A stretch of DNA of 63,445 nt, filler included, from Octopus bimaculoides (lineage: Eukaryota): NCBI RefSeq assembly GCF_001194135.2. It is 8 parts of 8 records of this genome, joined end to end, with 100 filler letters (N's around TTAATTAATTAA, not from the genome) between each part and the next. Parts side by side here need not be neighbours in the genome. Positions count along the whole stretch, not along the records: positions 14,297 to 20,100 come from NC_068981.1; positions 20,201 to 26,215 come from NC_068991.1; 6 more parts are not named here. One strand, given 5' to 3'. The translations under genes and the position numbers were made by a program. How positions within the stretch are numbered: the stretch's first letter is position 1; the number at the start of each line of letters is the position of its first letter. Shown here piece after piece: positions 14,441 through 26,022 of the stretch. The notes beneath the pieces were generated by a model. That model was not told where the DNA came from and did not search any database. It was given only the letters and a program-made list of their open reading frames with translations.

Positions 14441-14570
14441 TCGAAAAAATACCTTAGGAATGAGAACCCAGGTACGAAATTTCCCCAAGACACCTGGTGA
14501 AAGCTGGAGGGTATATCAGCTGAAACGTAGTGTTAACAACAAATAAGATGAGGTCAAATGTAAATAATGT
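14297..14570 (+). mobile_element. tRNA-headed SINE-like unit with (AAT)n linker and hammerhead-bearing tail
   Basis: Box A-like GTGGGTTAAGAGC and box B GAGTTCGATTC at about 14302-14350, then (AAT)n, then a Penelope-like tail with a hammerhead motif. The 5' end is cut by a gap. Confidence 0.6.
14489..14534 (+). ncRNA. Degenerate minimal hammerhead ribozyme motif
   Basis: GACAC-CTGGTGA-A-AGCTG-gagggtatat-CAGCT-GAAA-CGTA-GTGTT. Stems I and II pair; the core A6 is changed to G. Confidence 0.55.
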
Positions 14571-14840
14571 AAATAATGTAAAAATTGATTGTTTTTTCAG
14601 ATGTCACGGTGCTTATACAAAAATAAAAACTACTTTGCAAAATAAAAAAAAGTTAATTAAATTAAAATAAAATTATATGATACAAATAGATATATCAATT
14701 GTATATTTGCAGTAAATATGTTATGAATTAACTATCAATTAATGGTAGATGGAACATATTGATTAATTTCACTGGTTCAGTCGCACTCGCACCACCTTGG
14801 ACAAGGAATTTGGTAGACGGAAACTGTGTGGAAGTCCGTC

Positions 14841-14918
<78 letters not shown>

Positions 14919-15067
14919 ATACGTATGTATGTATATGTATATGTATATTATATTATATTATATTATATTATATTATATTTTATTATATTAGAGGAAAATC
15001 AAAACCAAAGCAGAATGAGTATCTCAAGTCATTTAGAATAATTTGATTAAGGTAAGGAGAATTTAAA

Positions 15068-15148
15068 GTCTTACAGCTGTTTCTGGGATAACCCAAGTGG
15101 TTGGTTAGTATGTCCACTTCATGCACTGAGTATCCCGTCATCAGAGAC
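15068..15148 (-). ncRNA. Minimal type I hammerhead ribozyme motif (Penelope-like/retrozyme type)
   Basis: Minus strand reads GTCT-CTGATGA-C-GGGATA..TATCCC-A-GAAA-CAGCTG-TA-AGAC: stem I GTCT/AGAC, intact core boxes, long stem II, palindromic stem III ACAGCTGT, GUA cleavage triplet. Confidence 0.75.
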
Positions 15149-15895
15149 AAGGTATGAATATTTTAGACGGGGAAAATTTACAGTTTACAAGAAATAGAAT
15201 TCACAGCGTCAGCTTTGATCTTGGAACCTAACGGTCGACCAACTACACCACTTACCCAGCGTACCTATTCGTGTAAATCGCAAGTCAACTGAACTCGTAA
15301 TATTTTATATATATATATATGTATATGTATACGTATATATACATATATANNNNNNNNNNNNNNNNNNNNNNNNNNNNNNNNNNNNNNNNNNNNNNNNNNN
15401 NNNNNNNNNNNNNNNNNNNNNNNNNNNNNNNNNNNNNNNNNNNNNNNNNNNNNNNNNNNNNNNNNNNNNNNNNNNNNNNNNNNNNNNNNNNNNNNNNNNN
15501 NNNNNNNNNNNNNNNNNNNNNNNNNNNNNNNNNNNNNNNNNNNNNNNNNNNNNNNNNNNNNNNNNNNNNNNNNNNNNNNNNNNNNNNNNNNNNNNNNNNN
15601 NNNNNNNNNNNNNNNNNNNNNNNNNNNNNNNNNNNNNNNNNNNNNNNNNNNNNNNNNNNNNNNNNNNNNNNNNNNNNNNNNNNNNNNNNNNNNNNNNNNN
15701 NNNNNNNNNNNNNNNNNNNNNNNNNNNNNNNNNNNNNNNNNNNNNNNNNNNNNNNNNNNNNNNNNNNNNNNNNNNNNNNNNNNNNNNNNNNNNNNNNNNN
15801 NNNNNNNNNNNNNNNNNNNNNNNNNNNNNNNNNNNNNNNNNNNNNNNNNNNNNNNNNNNNNNNNNNNNNNNNNNNNNNNNNNNNNNNNNNNNNNN

Positions 15896-15936
<41 letters not shown>

Positions 15937-16039
15937 GTATATATGTATGTATGTATATATGTATGTATGTATGTACTTATATATTATATATATATGTATA
16001 TATACGTGTGTATTATATATATATAAATATATTAATAAG

Positions 16040-16260
16040 TGTGTGTGTTCGTGGCTATGTTTGTCCCACTTCCACTACTTGACAACCGGTGGTGGTTTGT
16101 TTACGTCCCTGTAACATGGCGGTTCAGCAAACAAAATCCGATAGAATAAATACCAGGCTTTAAAAAGAAGTACTTCGGTCGATTTGTGCGATGAAACCCT
16201 TCAGAACGGTGCCCCAGCATGGTCGCAGCCCAGTGACTGAAGCAAGTAAAAGATTAAAGA
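16040..16260 (+). mobile_element. SINE family B tail half
   Basis: TTGACAACCGG..GATAGAATAA..CCCCAGCATGG..AAGTAAAAGA. Confidence 0.8.
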
Positions 16261-16602
16261 TAGACGATGTGGTAGCGTAGAAATCTGAGGTAGATGATGG
16301 AACCAACTGAGAATATTATATTCATTTATGTAAGCCAACGTCTTTGTTGGCATGCTTGAAATAACAGTCAAATCTCCCTCTAATCACAACCTATTATTTT
16401 AAGAACGGACGAAAACATTATGGATGTGGTCCTAGATAAATAAAGAATAGAATGGATAAAGCTGGGATGTGTTTTAAACAGAGAAGCAGGACTAAAGAAC
16501 AAGGAGAAACGTTTTGGGCTATTAAGTAAATAAAGAATAACAAAGAAAACAATTAGAAAAGATCCAAAGAAATGAAACCAAGTTTGGAATTTGTCGAATC
16601 TT

Positions 16603-16792
16603 GTTTCTTCTTTTTCTGCCAAGTCCAAAATAGTCTTATGAAGTTTAAATTCAGTTCTTTAAGAATTTTTTTTCCTTTTAAACCTGTCTCTGGATATCAT
16701 TTTTATTTACCTGTTGCTGGAAACAGTATATTTTCCATTTTACCTGGATTTCTACTTCAAAAGATTGTCTTGGACTTGGCAGATGAAGAAAC
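16603..16792. repeat. Short inverted repeat (arms 16603-16644 and 16754-16792)
   Basis: GTTTCTTC..TCTGCCAAGTCCAA..TCTTATGAAGT versus the rc of ACTTCAAAAGATTGTCTTGGACTTGGCAGATGAAGAAAC. Confidence 0.75.
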
Positions 16793-16830
16793 GGGAACTA
16801 AGTTTAATTGTAATATTGTTAGTATTTTTA

Positions 16831-17040
16831 GGCGGTGAGCTGGCAGAAACGTTAGCGCGCCGAGCAAAATGCTTAGCGGTATTTCGTCTGTCTTTACGTT
16901 CTGGGTTCAAATTTCGACTTTGACTTTCATCCTTTTGGGGTCGATAAATTAAGTACCAGTGGTATACTTGGGTCGATCTAATCGACTGCCCCCCTCCCCA
17001 AAAATTTCGGGCCTTGTGCCTAGAGTAGAAAAGAATATTA
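16831..17040 (+). mobile_element. SINE family A
   Basis: GGCGGTGAGCTGGCAGAAACGTTAGC head and central domain. Confidence 0.88.
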
Positions 17041-17681
17041 TTAGTATTTTTCTCTTTATGCCTCTTTATTTCTTAGTTTCTTCTTTAATTTAGAATGAAG
17101 ACGAGAACCTAGAGTTATCTGTCTAGTTGTCTGCACTGATGAAGCGCATTCATGCAGAAACAGCCTGTTTATAAATACTGTGAATTATTTAATAAATTTC
17201 TATTTAATTGTGTAGATATAACGGCTTTAAAAATAGATTATTTTTTGCCTTCCCCTTCATGTCCTTACAGAAGGAGGAATACAAGCACGCTCATAAATGG
17301 AACCTACCAATTAACATCTCGCTCTTGTAAGAAGATAAATTGATATCAGACAACGAAGAAAATTGGAATGCATGACGACGGTCGTGGGATTTTTAATAAT
17401 AAGAAAAAAAGCCAGACAAGTTAGCTTACTAATTGGATATATAAATAGTGGAAAGGTAACAATGGCTGTTGTGAAGATAAAAGGCAGAAAATATTTTCTC
17501 TACAACCTGAGTGTAATTAATGTATGTGAGACTGTTATTACATTTAAATGAAATCAATGTAGATATTTTTACACGGTAATCTAACCACAGGAACACAAAC
17601 ACGTCTATTTATAAATACATACAGACTTATACTCATGTGTATATGTATGTATGAACGAATGTGCCAATCTGTAGTTATATT

Positions 17682-17945
17682 TTGAGATGGCCATGTGTTT
17701 TTGCCAAATAAACACACGCACTACATATATTCGTTCTTCATTTGTTTCTTATGATTTTTATTCTAGTGCCGTTCGTCTTAAGTCGTTCGTCACACATCCT
17801 GTGACCTCTTTCGTGACTCTCTATCCCACGTACCTCCTCCTGTTCGATTTAGTCCACAAAATAAGAACAATAATAAAGCTGGAGTGGAGAACGAATACAT
17901 AGTACGTGTGTTTATTTGGCAACAAAAAAAAACGACCATCAAGAA
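17682..17945. mobile_element. MITE, same family as 35068-35330, copy 1
   Basis: Inverted termini ATGGCCATGTGTTTTTGCCAAATAAACACACGCACTAC / rc ATGGTCG..TTGCCAAATAAACACACGTACTATG; internal ACACATCCTGTGACCTCTT. Confidence 0.8.
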
Positions 17946-18054
17946 ATAGAACATTTCTTTCTTCAACGATTTCGTATCAGGCATCTTACAAAACAAATAC
18001 ATAAAAGTAATAATATACCAATCGTTAAAAATAAAATAGTTATTATAATTGTTC

Positions 18055-18063
18055 TTGTTGTTG

Positions 18064-18142
<79 letters not shown>

Positions 18143-18178
18143 CATTATTATTATTATTATTATTACTTCTACTACTAC

Positions 18179-18224
<46 letters not shown>

Positions 18225-18231
18225 GCTATAC

Positions 18232-18282
<51 letters not shown>
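18055..18282. repeat. (TTA)n/(CTA)n microsatellite
   Basis: Direct inspection. Confidence 0.97.
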
Positions 18283-18285
18283 CAA

Positions 18286-18485
18286 GGCGGCGTGCTGGCA
18301 GGATCGTTAGAACGCCGGGCGAGATGCTTAACGGTATTTCGTCCGCCGCTACGTTCTGAGTTCAAATTCCACCTTTCATTCTTTCGAGGGCGATAAATTA
18401 AGTACCAGTGAAACACTGGGATCGATGTAATCGGCTAGTCCCCTCCCCACAAATTTCAAGGTCTTGTGCCTTCAGTACAAAGATT
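18286..18485 (+). mobile_element. SINE family A embedded in (TTA)n
   Basis: Family A head/central domain between (TTA)n tracts. Confidence 0.88.
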
Positions 18486-18519
18486 ATTATTATTAGTAGT
18501 AGTAGTAGTAGTAGCAGCA

Positions 18520-19426
18520 GCAGCATTGTCGTTGCACAGCTTCTGTCGCAGGAGATGTACTACAGTGTCAGCTACCAGTGAAGTAAGGTAACACCTATTA
18601 CTTTTCGAGCGCCATCCGGAGTATTCGAGCGGTTCCAAAAAGTGCTGTTTTCTGCAAGTGCTCCACCCTTATTGCAGCCCCTATTTGTTCCACATACTTC
18701 TTGAGATTTTTGCTCACTTTTCCCAGGGCTCCGACAATTATTGGTACTACTGCTACCTTTTTCATCAACCACAACTGCTGAACTTCCCAAGCTAACCTGT
18801 CATATCTCTCGACTTTTCTTTCTTCCTCATCGCATACCTTGTTGTCAGCTGGGCATGCTATATCTATGACCCAGCATCGTTTGTCTACTTTCTCAATTAA
18901 CACTATGTCTGGTTTCCAATTATCCATCACATGGTCGCACCGAATCAAAAAATTCCATAGGATCTTTGCATTACCATTTTCGACAATGCCTTCGGGTTTA
19001 TGCTCGTATCACTTTTTTGCTCTGTCAAGTCCATACTCGTTGCAAAGTATCCAATGGACAAGCCTTGCTACATTGTCATGATATTTTTTATATTCTTTCT
19101 GAGATTGTGGCGTACATTGGCTGGTAATATGCCATACGGTTTCACAGTTTTGTCCACAGATTCTACACTTATCACTTTCTGCTGTATTTTATGTGGTTTG
19201 TTCTTAGTGCTTGATCTTGGGCAGCACAGATTAGAGCCTCTGTTTCTGGTTTTAAATCACTTTTAGTCATCCACAGCCATCTTTTTTCTCTGTCTGTCTT
19301 ATCTTCAACATCCCTATGAAATTGTCCATGCATTCTTTTTTATCCACCTATTTTCAGTTTCATTCATTCTCAAGTGCTTGTACAGTGCTTTATCTTTGCA
19401 ATCTTCCATCATACACAAGCCTGACC
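18520..19426 (-). mobile_element. R4/Dong-like RLE retrotransposon 3' fragment (downstream copy of a tandem pair)
   Basis: ORF 18598-18948 with KPDIV..IDIACPAD..KVERY..PIIVGALG..LQKTALFGTARILR; upstream EALICAAQDQALRT motif; microsatellite at both ends. Confidence 0.9.
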
Positions 19427-19441
19427 TTCTTCTTCTTCTTC

Positions 19442-19475
<34 letters not shown>

Positions 19476-19476
<1 letters not shown>

Positions 19477-20075
19477 TCTTTTTATCACAGGTTTTGTTGG
19501 AAGTCTTACATGCGTAATTTCCTTTATATTCCCCTTGATGCCTTCTGATACTGTTTCCAAGGACCCAATAATATCTGGCACCTTCTTCATTTTCCATAGC
19601 CGGGCTATTTCGTACTTACGAGGGTTGTATATATATAATTTTACGCCTTCCTTCTTGGCTATTAGTGGGTCAAAGTGGCATGCAACGTCAACTAAATAGC
19701 ATATGTGGTACACCTTGTCCACCACCACTATGCCCGGTCTCGTATGCTCTAGCACCTGATCTGATTGGATTGGGAAGTCCCAGAGGATATTGCTAGTCTC
19801 CGGCTCTGCCACTCTCTGTAGTTTGTGCTCATACCACGTCTTGCCTCTCTCTAGCCCCCACTTTTCACAGTTTCCAATGTAGTACTTTCGCTACCTGATC
19901 GTGTCGCCAAAACTTGTAATGGTTTTGGGCAAGTCTACAGCATTTGCTTGTGATATGGGCAATGGTTTCGTCCACTCTATTACAGTTGCAGCACAGCGGA
20001 GAGACTTGCTCATTCCAAAGGTTGACCCCCCCCCCCCAGTTCGAGGCCAAAGCTTGATGTTGCGCTGCCAATTGA
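19476..20075 (-). mobile_element. R4/Dong-like RLE retrotransposon fragment (upstream copy of a tandem pair)
   Basis: AAQHQAL..CCNCNRVDETIAHITSKC..RHDQVAKVLHW (19865-20071) and LWDFPIQSDQVLEHTRPGIVVVD (19390-19812). Confidence 0.88.
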
Positions 20076-20218
20076 TGTTGTTATTATTATTATTATTATT
20101 NNNNNNNNNNNNNNNNNNNNNNNNNNNNNNNNNNNNNNNNNNNNTTAATTAATTAANNNNNNNNNNNNNNNNNNNNNNNNNNNNNNNNNNNNNNNNNNNN
20201 TATATACACATACATATG

Positions 20219-21096
20219 CAGTGTGCGACAGGTAAATTGTCGCTATTTTATATTTTTAATTTTGTCTATGTGCATTGTTTGTTTTTGATTTTGTCGACTA
20301 CACAGTATAGTAAGGTCAGTTGGGCACCGTCAGTGAGAAAAACAGCACCATGACGCAATTCATTCGGCGTGCTGTACTCCTTGGACTTCCTCGCCGGAAG
20401 CTCCAATACGAACACTTTAGAGTGTTTGGGTGTCAATCTGAGGACAATGAAATCTGAGGACATGTACCGAAAGTGATAAAAATCAAACATCCAGTCAACA
20501 TCATCGTGTGTTTGGAGTGATCACTAGTGATGGCGACGTTATACCTCCATTCATCTTCCCACACGGCCTCAGACTCAACACGGAGGCCTACATCAAGTGC
20601 CAGGAGAAGGTATTGCTGCCCTGGATCAAGAGGGTGGCTGCTGGAAAGCCCAATGTCTGGCAGCAAGACTCTGCACTCTGCTACACAAGCAGGAAAACCC
20701 AGTTATGGCTGTCAGACAATTTCTGCAGCCACATCACCCCTAACATCTGGCCACCTAACTCCACAGACTGCACCCCACCCCCCTTGATTATTATGTGTGG
20801 GGCGCAGATGAGTGACAGACCAACAAAAGTGCTCATAACATCAAAGATGAACTGAAGGCAAGGATTATGACGGCATTCACCAACTTAAACAAGGAGACCG
20901 CCCAGAAGAGTTTCAGGAGATTCCGAAGTCGTCTGAAGGCCGTGGTTGAAGCCAATGGCGATTTTATTGAATAGGTTTATTCTTTAGTATTTTGAGATAT
21001 GTTTATGCAATTTTGGTAAATATATCTGTTAAAATGAGATGTCAGTGTTATTTTATTTTTGCGTAATTTAGACGACAGTTTATTCACCGCACCCTG
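20219..21096 (+). mobile_element. Internally deleted maT/mariner-like (DD37D-type) DNA transposon
   Basis: Degenerate TIRs (CAGTGTGCGACAGGTAAATTGTCG / rc CAGGGTGCGGTGAATAAACTGTCG) with TA at the right end. ORF 20508-20855 has FGVITSDGDVIPPFIF, WQQDSALCYTS and IWPPNSTD, typical of mariner/maT catalytic domains. Confidence 0.85.
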
Positions 21097-21343
21097 TATA
21101 TATATATTACATACATATAAAAGGGATGACCACTAAGTTGACATCCATTATGCTAGAAGTAGACCACCTATGGTCTGACCACTAAAAAGAGATTGTTCTC
21201 AAGAAAATTCAGCAAACGCTGTATGTAATATAATTTTTCTGAATCTTCAGATTTTTCAATATGCTAGGTCACTGGTTTTGAATTGATATTAATTAAATTA
21301 ATACTCAATTTTTCACCCTTATTATTTAAATTTATATCTATCT

Positions 21344-21408
<65 letters not shown>

Positions 21409-21623
21409 AAGCAAAATCAGATTCATTGGCTTTTGTAGGTATTTACCAAAGCCTTACTTTTCTTGGAGATTCCATTTGATTTATTTGGTGCTTTATTTGC
21501 TTTACATTCACAGTGGGTTCTTCTCTTTTAATAAAGTTGCACCTTAGTCTCGTTGACCCATATACACATTTCTTTGATTCTTTTGATATTGAGTGTAATT
21601 TCTTGGTACTTTCATACTCGCAG

Positions 21624-22001
21624 GGAGGCGCAATGGCCCAGTGGTTAGGGTAGCGGACTCGTGGTCATACGATTCCCAGACCGGGCGTTGTAAGTGTTTA
21701 TTGAGCGAAAACACCTAAAGCTCTACGAGGCTCCGGCAGGGGATGGTGGTGAACCCTGCCGTACTCTTTCACCACAACTTTCTCTCACCCTTTCTTCCTG
21801 TTTCTGTTGTGCCTGTAATTCAAAGGGTCAGCCTTGTCACACTGTGTCACGCTGAATATCCCCGAGAACTACGTTAAGGGTACACGTGTCTGTGGAGTGC
21901 TCAGCCACTTGCACGTTAATTTCACGAGCAGGCTGTTTCGTTGATTGGATCAACTGGAACCCTCGACGTCGTAAGCGACGGAGTGCCAACAGCAACAACA
22001 G
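21624..22001 (+). mobile_element. Full-length tRNA-derived SINE (family C) with 11-bp TSD
   Basis: Head GGAGGCGCAATGGCCCAGTGGTTAGGG; (CAA)n tail; TSD CATACTCGCAG at 21613-21623 and 22002-22012. Confidence 0.92.
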
Positions 22002-22749
22002 CATACTCGCAGACAAGTTCAGTTATCCACTCATTAGGGTTAGGATTCTGTAGACAGGTGTCGGTGTCCTTTCATATGACGTATTACAGCATAACGCGAT
22101 TTTTGTCCTTGGGTAGCAACTGTTATTCCCTATTTGCTTACCCACTAGAAAGTATGAAAAATGGCAAATATTTCCTTCAAACTTTGCTTTTCTTACATTT
22201 ATTCAAACTCCAAAGAATCCCCTTCGATACATGGCATTGATGTCTCTCCAATACTCCTGCTCATGATGCACATATTGTCAGTCATTAAGGGACATGCCCT
22301 TTTGATTAAGGTCAAGCAACTGACAAGAAAATATGTAATATTTAGGAGAATATTTGCTTTAACGAAATTTCTGCTTCAGCAAATCTAAGCTGAATGTTTC
22401 TGAAATGTAATGGAAAATAAATCAGTTTCAAAACATTGACGTCCAGGTAAGAAAAAGTAAAGTTTGAAGGGAATAGTAGTAATTTCCTTTGATTTCTATA
22501 CAGAAGCAAGTAGGAAATAGCACTTACTAACCAAAAAGAAAAAAATTAATCTCTCTACATCTCCCTTTGGGTGATGCATACGGTGCATTGTGAAAACTTT
22601 TACATATTTTTGTGTCAATTTTATCCATGTCAGTCCTGAACCATTTTATGATTTTTAAAACCGGACATCAAAACAAGTATAACTAGGTTGTTGATGGATT
22701 CGATCCTGTTTCTCGTTCTTTGGGATGACTGTAACTCTACAACATTCTT

Positions 22750-23175
22750 TTACTCTTTTACTCTTTACCCTTTTACTTGTTTCAGTCATTTGACTGCGGC
22801 CATGCTGGAGCACCGCCTTTATAGTCGACCAAATCGACGCCAGAGCTTATTCTTTGTAAGCCTAGTACTTATTTTATCGGTCTCTTTAGCCGAACCGCTA
22901 AGTTACAGGGACGCAAACACACCAGCATCGCTTGTCAAACGATGCTGGGAGGGACAAACAAACACATACCCACACATACATATATATACATATATATACA
23001 TACACACATATATGACGGGCTTCTTCCAGTTTCCGTCTACCAAATCCACTCACAAGGCTTTGGTCGGCCCGAGGCTATAGTAGAAGACACTTGCCCAAGG
23101 TGCCACGCAGTGAGACTGAACCCAGGACCATGTGGTTGGTAAGCAAGCTACTTACCACACAGCCACTTCTGCGCC
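22750..23175 (-). mobile_element. Full-length CORE-type SINE with internal microsatellite (family B)
   Basis: tRNA head, CORE-like GGCACCTTGGGCAAGTGTCTT, central (AT/AC)n, tail ending GACTGAAACAAGTAAAAG. Confidence 0.9.
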
Positions 23176-23264
23176 TATTTTCTCATGCATTTGTGGGTTC
23201 AGAATGCTCGCTCCTTCAGATACACCTGAAGATTTGTAGTCTTACTTAGTATCTAAACCGTAGT

Positions 23265-23888
23265 GGTGGTGGTAATGGTGGTGGGGGTGATTGTGATTAT
23301 GGTTATGATGATGATGATTGTGTTTGTTGTTGTGTGGTGGTGGTAATGATGATAATGATGTTGATTACATAAGCGATGATGGTGATGCTGATCATGGTTT
23401 TACTGATGGTGACGATGACGATTGTGGGGCGATAGCGGTCAGGATGATATTGATGACGCTGTTGAGGATTGTAATGATAGTGTCCATTGATAGTTATGGT
23501 GGCGAAGGAGTTGGTAGAAGCACTGGTGGTTATAAGGATGGTTTTAATGATAATGCTGTTTGTGATGACGCTGATGATGTTGACGGTAGTAGTGGAGAAA
23601 AAAGGGATGAGCGCGTGGGGTGGGTAGTGAACTAAATAAATCGTTATTTGATAGACTTATCCCTAACTTAATTGGCAAGCTTCAACATCAACATCGACAT
23701 CATCAATATCATTATCGTCGTCGTCGTCATTAACACCACCACCAACAACAACAACAACAACACCACCATCACCACCACCATCATTACTACCACTACAATC
23801 ACCTCTGCCATCTTCATCATCGTCATTGTTGTCATCATCATCATCATCGTTATCGTCGTCATAATCATCATCATCATCATCGTCGTCG

Positions 23889-23926
<38 letters not shown>

Positions 23927-23990
23927 GTCATCATCATCATCATCACCTAAAGCATCACCACCATTCGCACAACCACCGCCATTATTATCA
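23265..23990. repeat. Facing degenerate (GAT/GGT)n and (CAT/CAC)n trinucleotide fields
   Basis: GAT/GGT-rich 23265-23600; CAT/CAC-rich 23690-23990. Confidence 0.9.
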
Positions 23991-24919
23991 CAAAAAAAAT
24001 TAAAAACGAAAACAAAAACGAAAACAAAAGAAAGCTATTTGAAACGAATCGCCTCTATCAATAACATGATTTATTCTACGCAACGTCAATCAATCGATTC
24101 TTAAATAGGTTTGATCGTTTTCGATCGTGCTTCTATTGATTTGATTCTAAAAATAAACACAAATAACAGGTCTTTGTTGTGAGGGTTATCGATTAATTGG
24201 CAAGCGCTCCATTTATTGACATGACCAACTAGCTGATAACACCATCCTCCAAAAAAACATTTGTCAGTTAATATCATAGTTATTTTAACTTGTTATTGAT
24301 TTCGTTCATTGGTTGGCAGATGACCTGGCTGACGTACCACTTATATAAATATCTATTTATCTATTTACTTACTGATTGATTGATTGATTGATTGATTGAT
24401 TGCCTTTTTTGTTTTCGTTTGGGATTTTAATCAGAAAGTAGGGACAGTGCCCATAGCTTTTCCTGTCAGAGAGACAAGGAACGTTGATATAGTTAATATA
24501 TAGTTTGAAATAGCTATAGGATCAATAGCCGTAAATATGACATTGAACATCATCCGGTATGGTGTCCTGTTCACAACTTCCAGGGTTTAGAGGAGTGTGG
24601 AACCATCTCTTAGCCACTATTGTTCCCGGATCCACATTAATCCAGATTAGTAACATCTATCAGGATCCCAACAATGGGATAAATAGCATCTTACTAACCG
24701 AGTCAAGGTACATTAAAATCGTGGGATGCAGAATGGCAGATGTGAAATATTTCGGCGAATGAATGCTATTGAATCAAAAGCGGATATCTCTCGATGGTGA
24801 GCAAATTATGACGCAACAAACTGTCAACAGCCAGGATCAATCAGTTCTCTTGGCTAACAACTGCTATTATCTGTTGTAATGGCGTGCGCAGATGAGATTA
24901 TCGAGGTAGAGAAAGACCA

Positions 24920-25500
24920 ATGCGGCTAAAACTCAAGCCATACGTTCATGCCGCATCGTTCAGTTGGAACATCTCGCATGGAAGAGTTGTATTGACCAAG
25001 GCAAATCGTCCGATCTGATGATAAAGATCGACGTATATAAGAAAAAAACTGACGAACTTGCAGCCTGAAATACTTTTGTTTTGAAATCTTCCCATAGATT
25101 GTTTGGGTCAAGATTGATACTTTCTATAGCATTGTGGAATCTTTGCAAGTTGCTTCATAATTTAAAGTTTGCAACATTTAACTTTTTGGATACCTTAGGA
25201 CCAGACTGTCGATTTTTAGGTATTATCGAAAAATTTATTTTTCCACGCACTAGACGATGGTCTGTTCAACTCTCTGCTCCTCTCATGGCCCGAACGCTAG
25301 AAACGTCTTTCATATCACGTTTTCTGATCAAAATATAATCTATGAGATGCCAGTGCTTAGATCTTGGGTGCATCCAGGTGGTTTTATATTTATTTTTCTG
25401 CTTAAACAGAGTGTTGGTAACAACCAAATTATTCTCAGTACAAAACGTCAAAAGAGCTACTCCATTTTTATTACATTTTCCAATGCCATGTCGCCTTAAA
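24920..25500 (-). mobile_element. RTE-clade LINE fragment (end of APE endonuclease region)
   Basis: FCTENNLVVTNTLFKQK..TTWMHPRSKHWHLIDYILIRKRD..VRAMRGAE (25266-25451). Confidence 0.88.
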
Positions 25501-25648
25501 ACAGGCCATGAAACGTAGTCTTTCCAACTCTTGCGTTTAAATTTCCCAAGATGACCAGCTTGTCAGAAATTGGTATTTTCCTCAATAATTGTGCTAAATC
25601 ATCATAAAACTGTTATGCGTACATGAATAGATATTAATAAAAGTAATA

Positions 25649-26022
25649 ACAAGAGCACTCAGAGAGCGCAAACCTCCGCCAAGGCAACGCCAACGTCCTC
25701 TCAACGATTAGCCAGAGATGATTTTTAAAATGAGAATATCTAAAATAAACTTGACTTCTTTCACAGACGCGAATAGTAAAAATGAACCAGGCCGCTCTCA
25801 AAAATTAAGTAAAAAAGCAGGTAAAATAATCCAGAATCTTTGTCCGGTACCAGATCGATCCTAAAATCTAATCAGTTCGTGCCAGTTACGAGGCCAAACA
25901 TCCCGCAAAGTTTCATCCGAATCCATCCAGCGGTTCTTGAGATATCTTGTCCACGGGCAAACAAACAAACAAACAAACACGATTGAAAACAATAACTCTG
26001 CCTTCGCTAAGGCGGAAGTAAT
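25649..26022 (+). mobile_element. Helentron-associated (HINE/DINE-1-like) non-autonomous element
   Basis: 5' subterminal ACCTCCGCC is inversely matched by 3' GGCGGAAGT; 3' hairpin CTCTGCCTT-CGCT-AAGGCGGAAG; internal (ACAA)n tract and AAGTTTCAT motif; no coding capacity. Confidence 0.65.
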
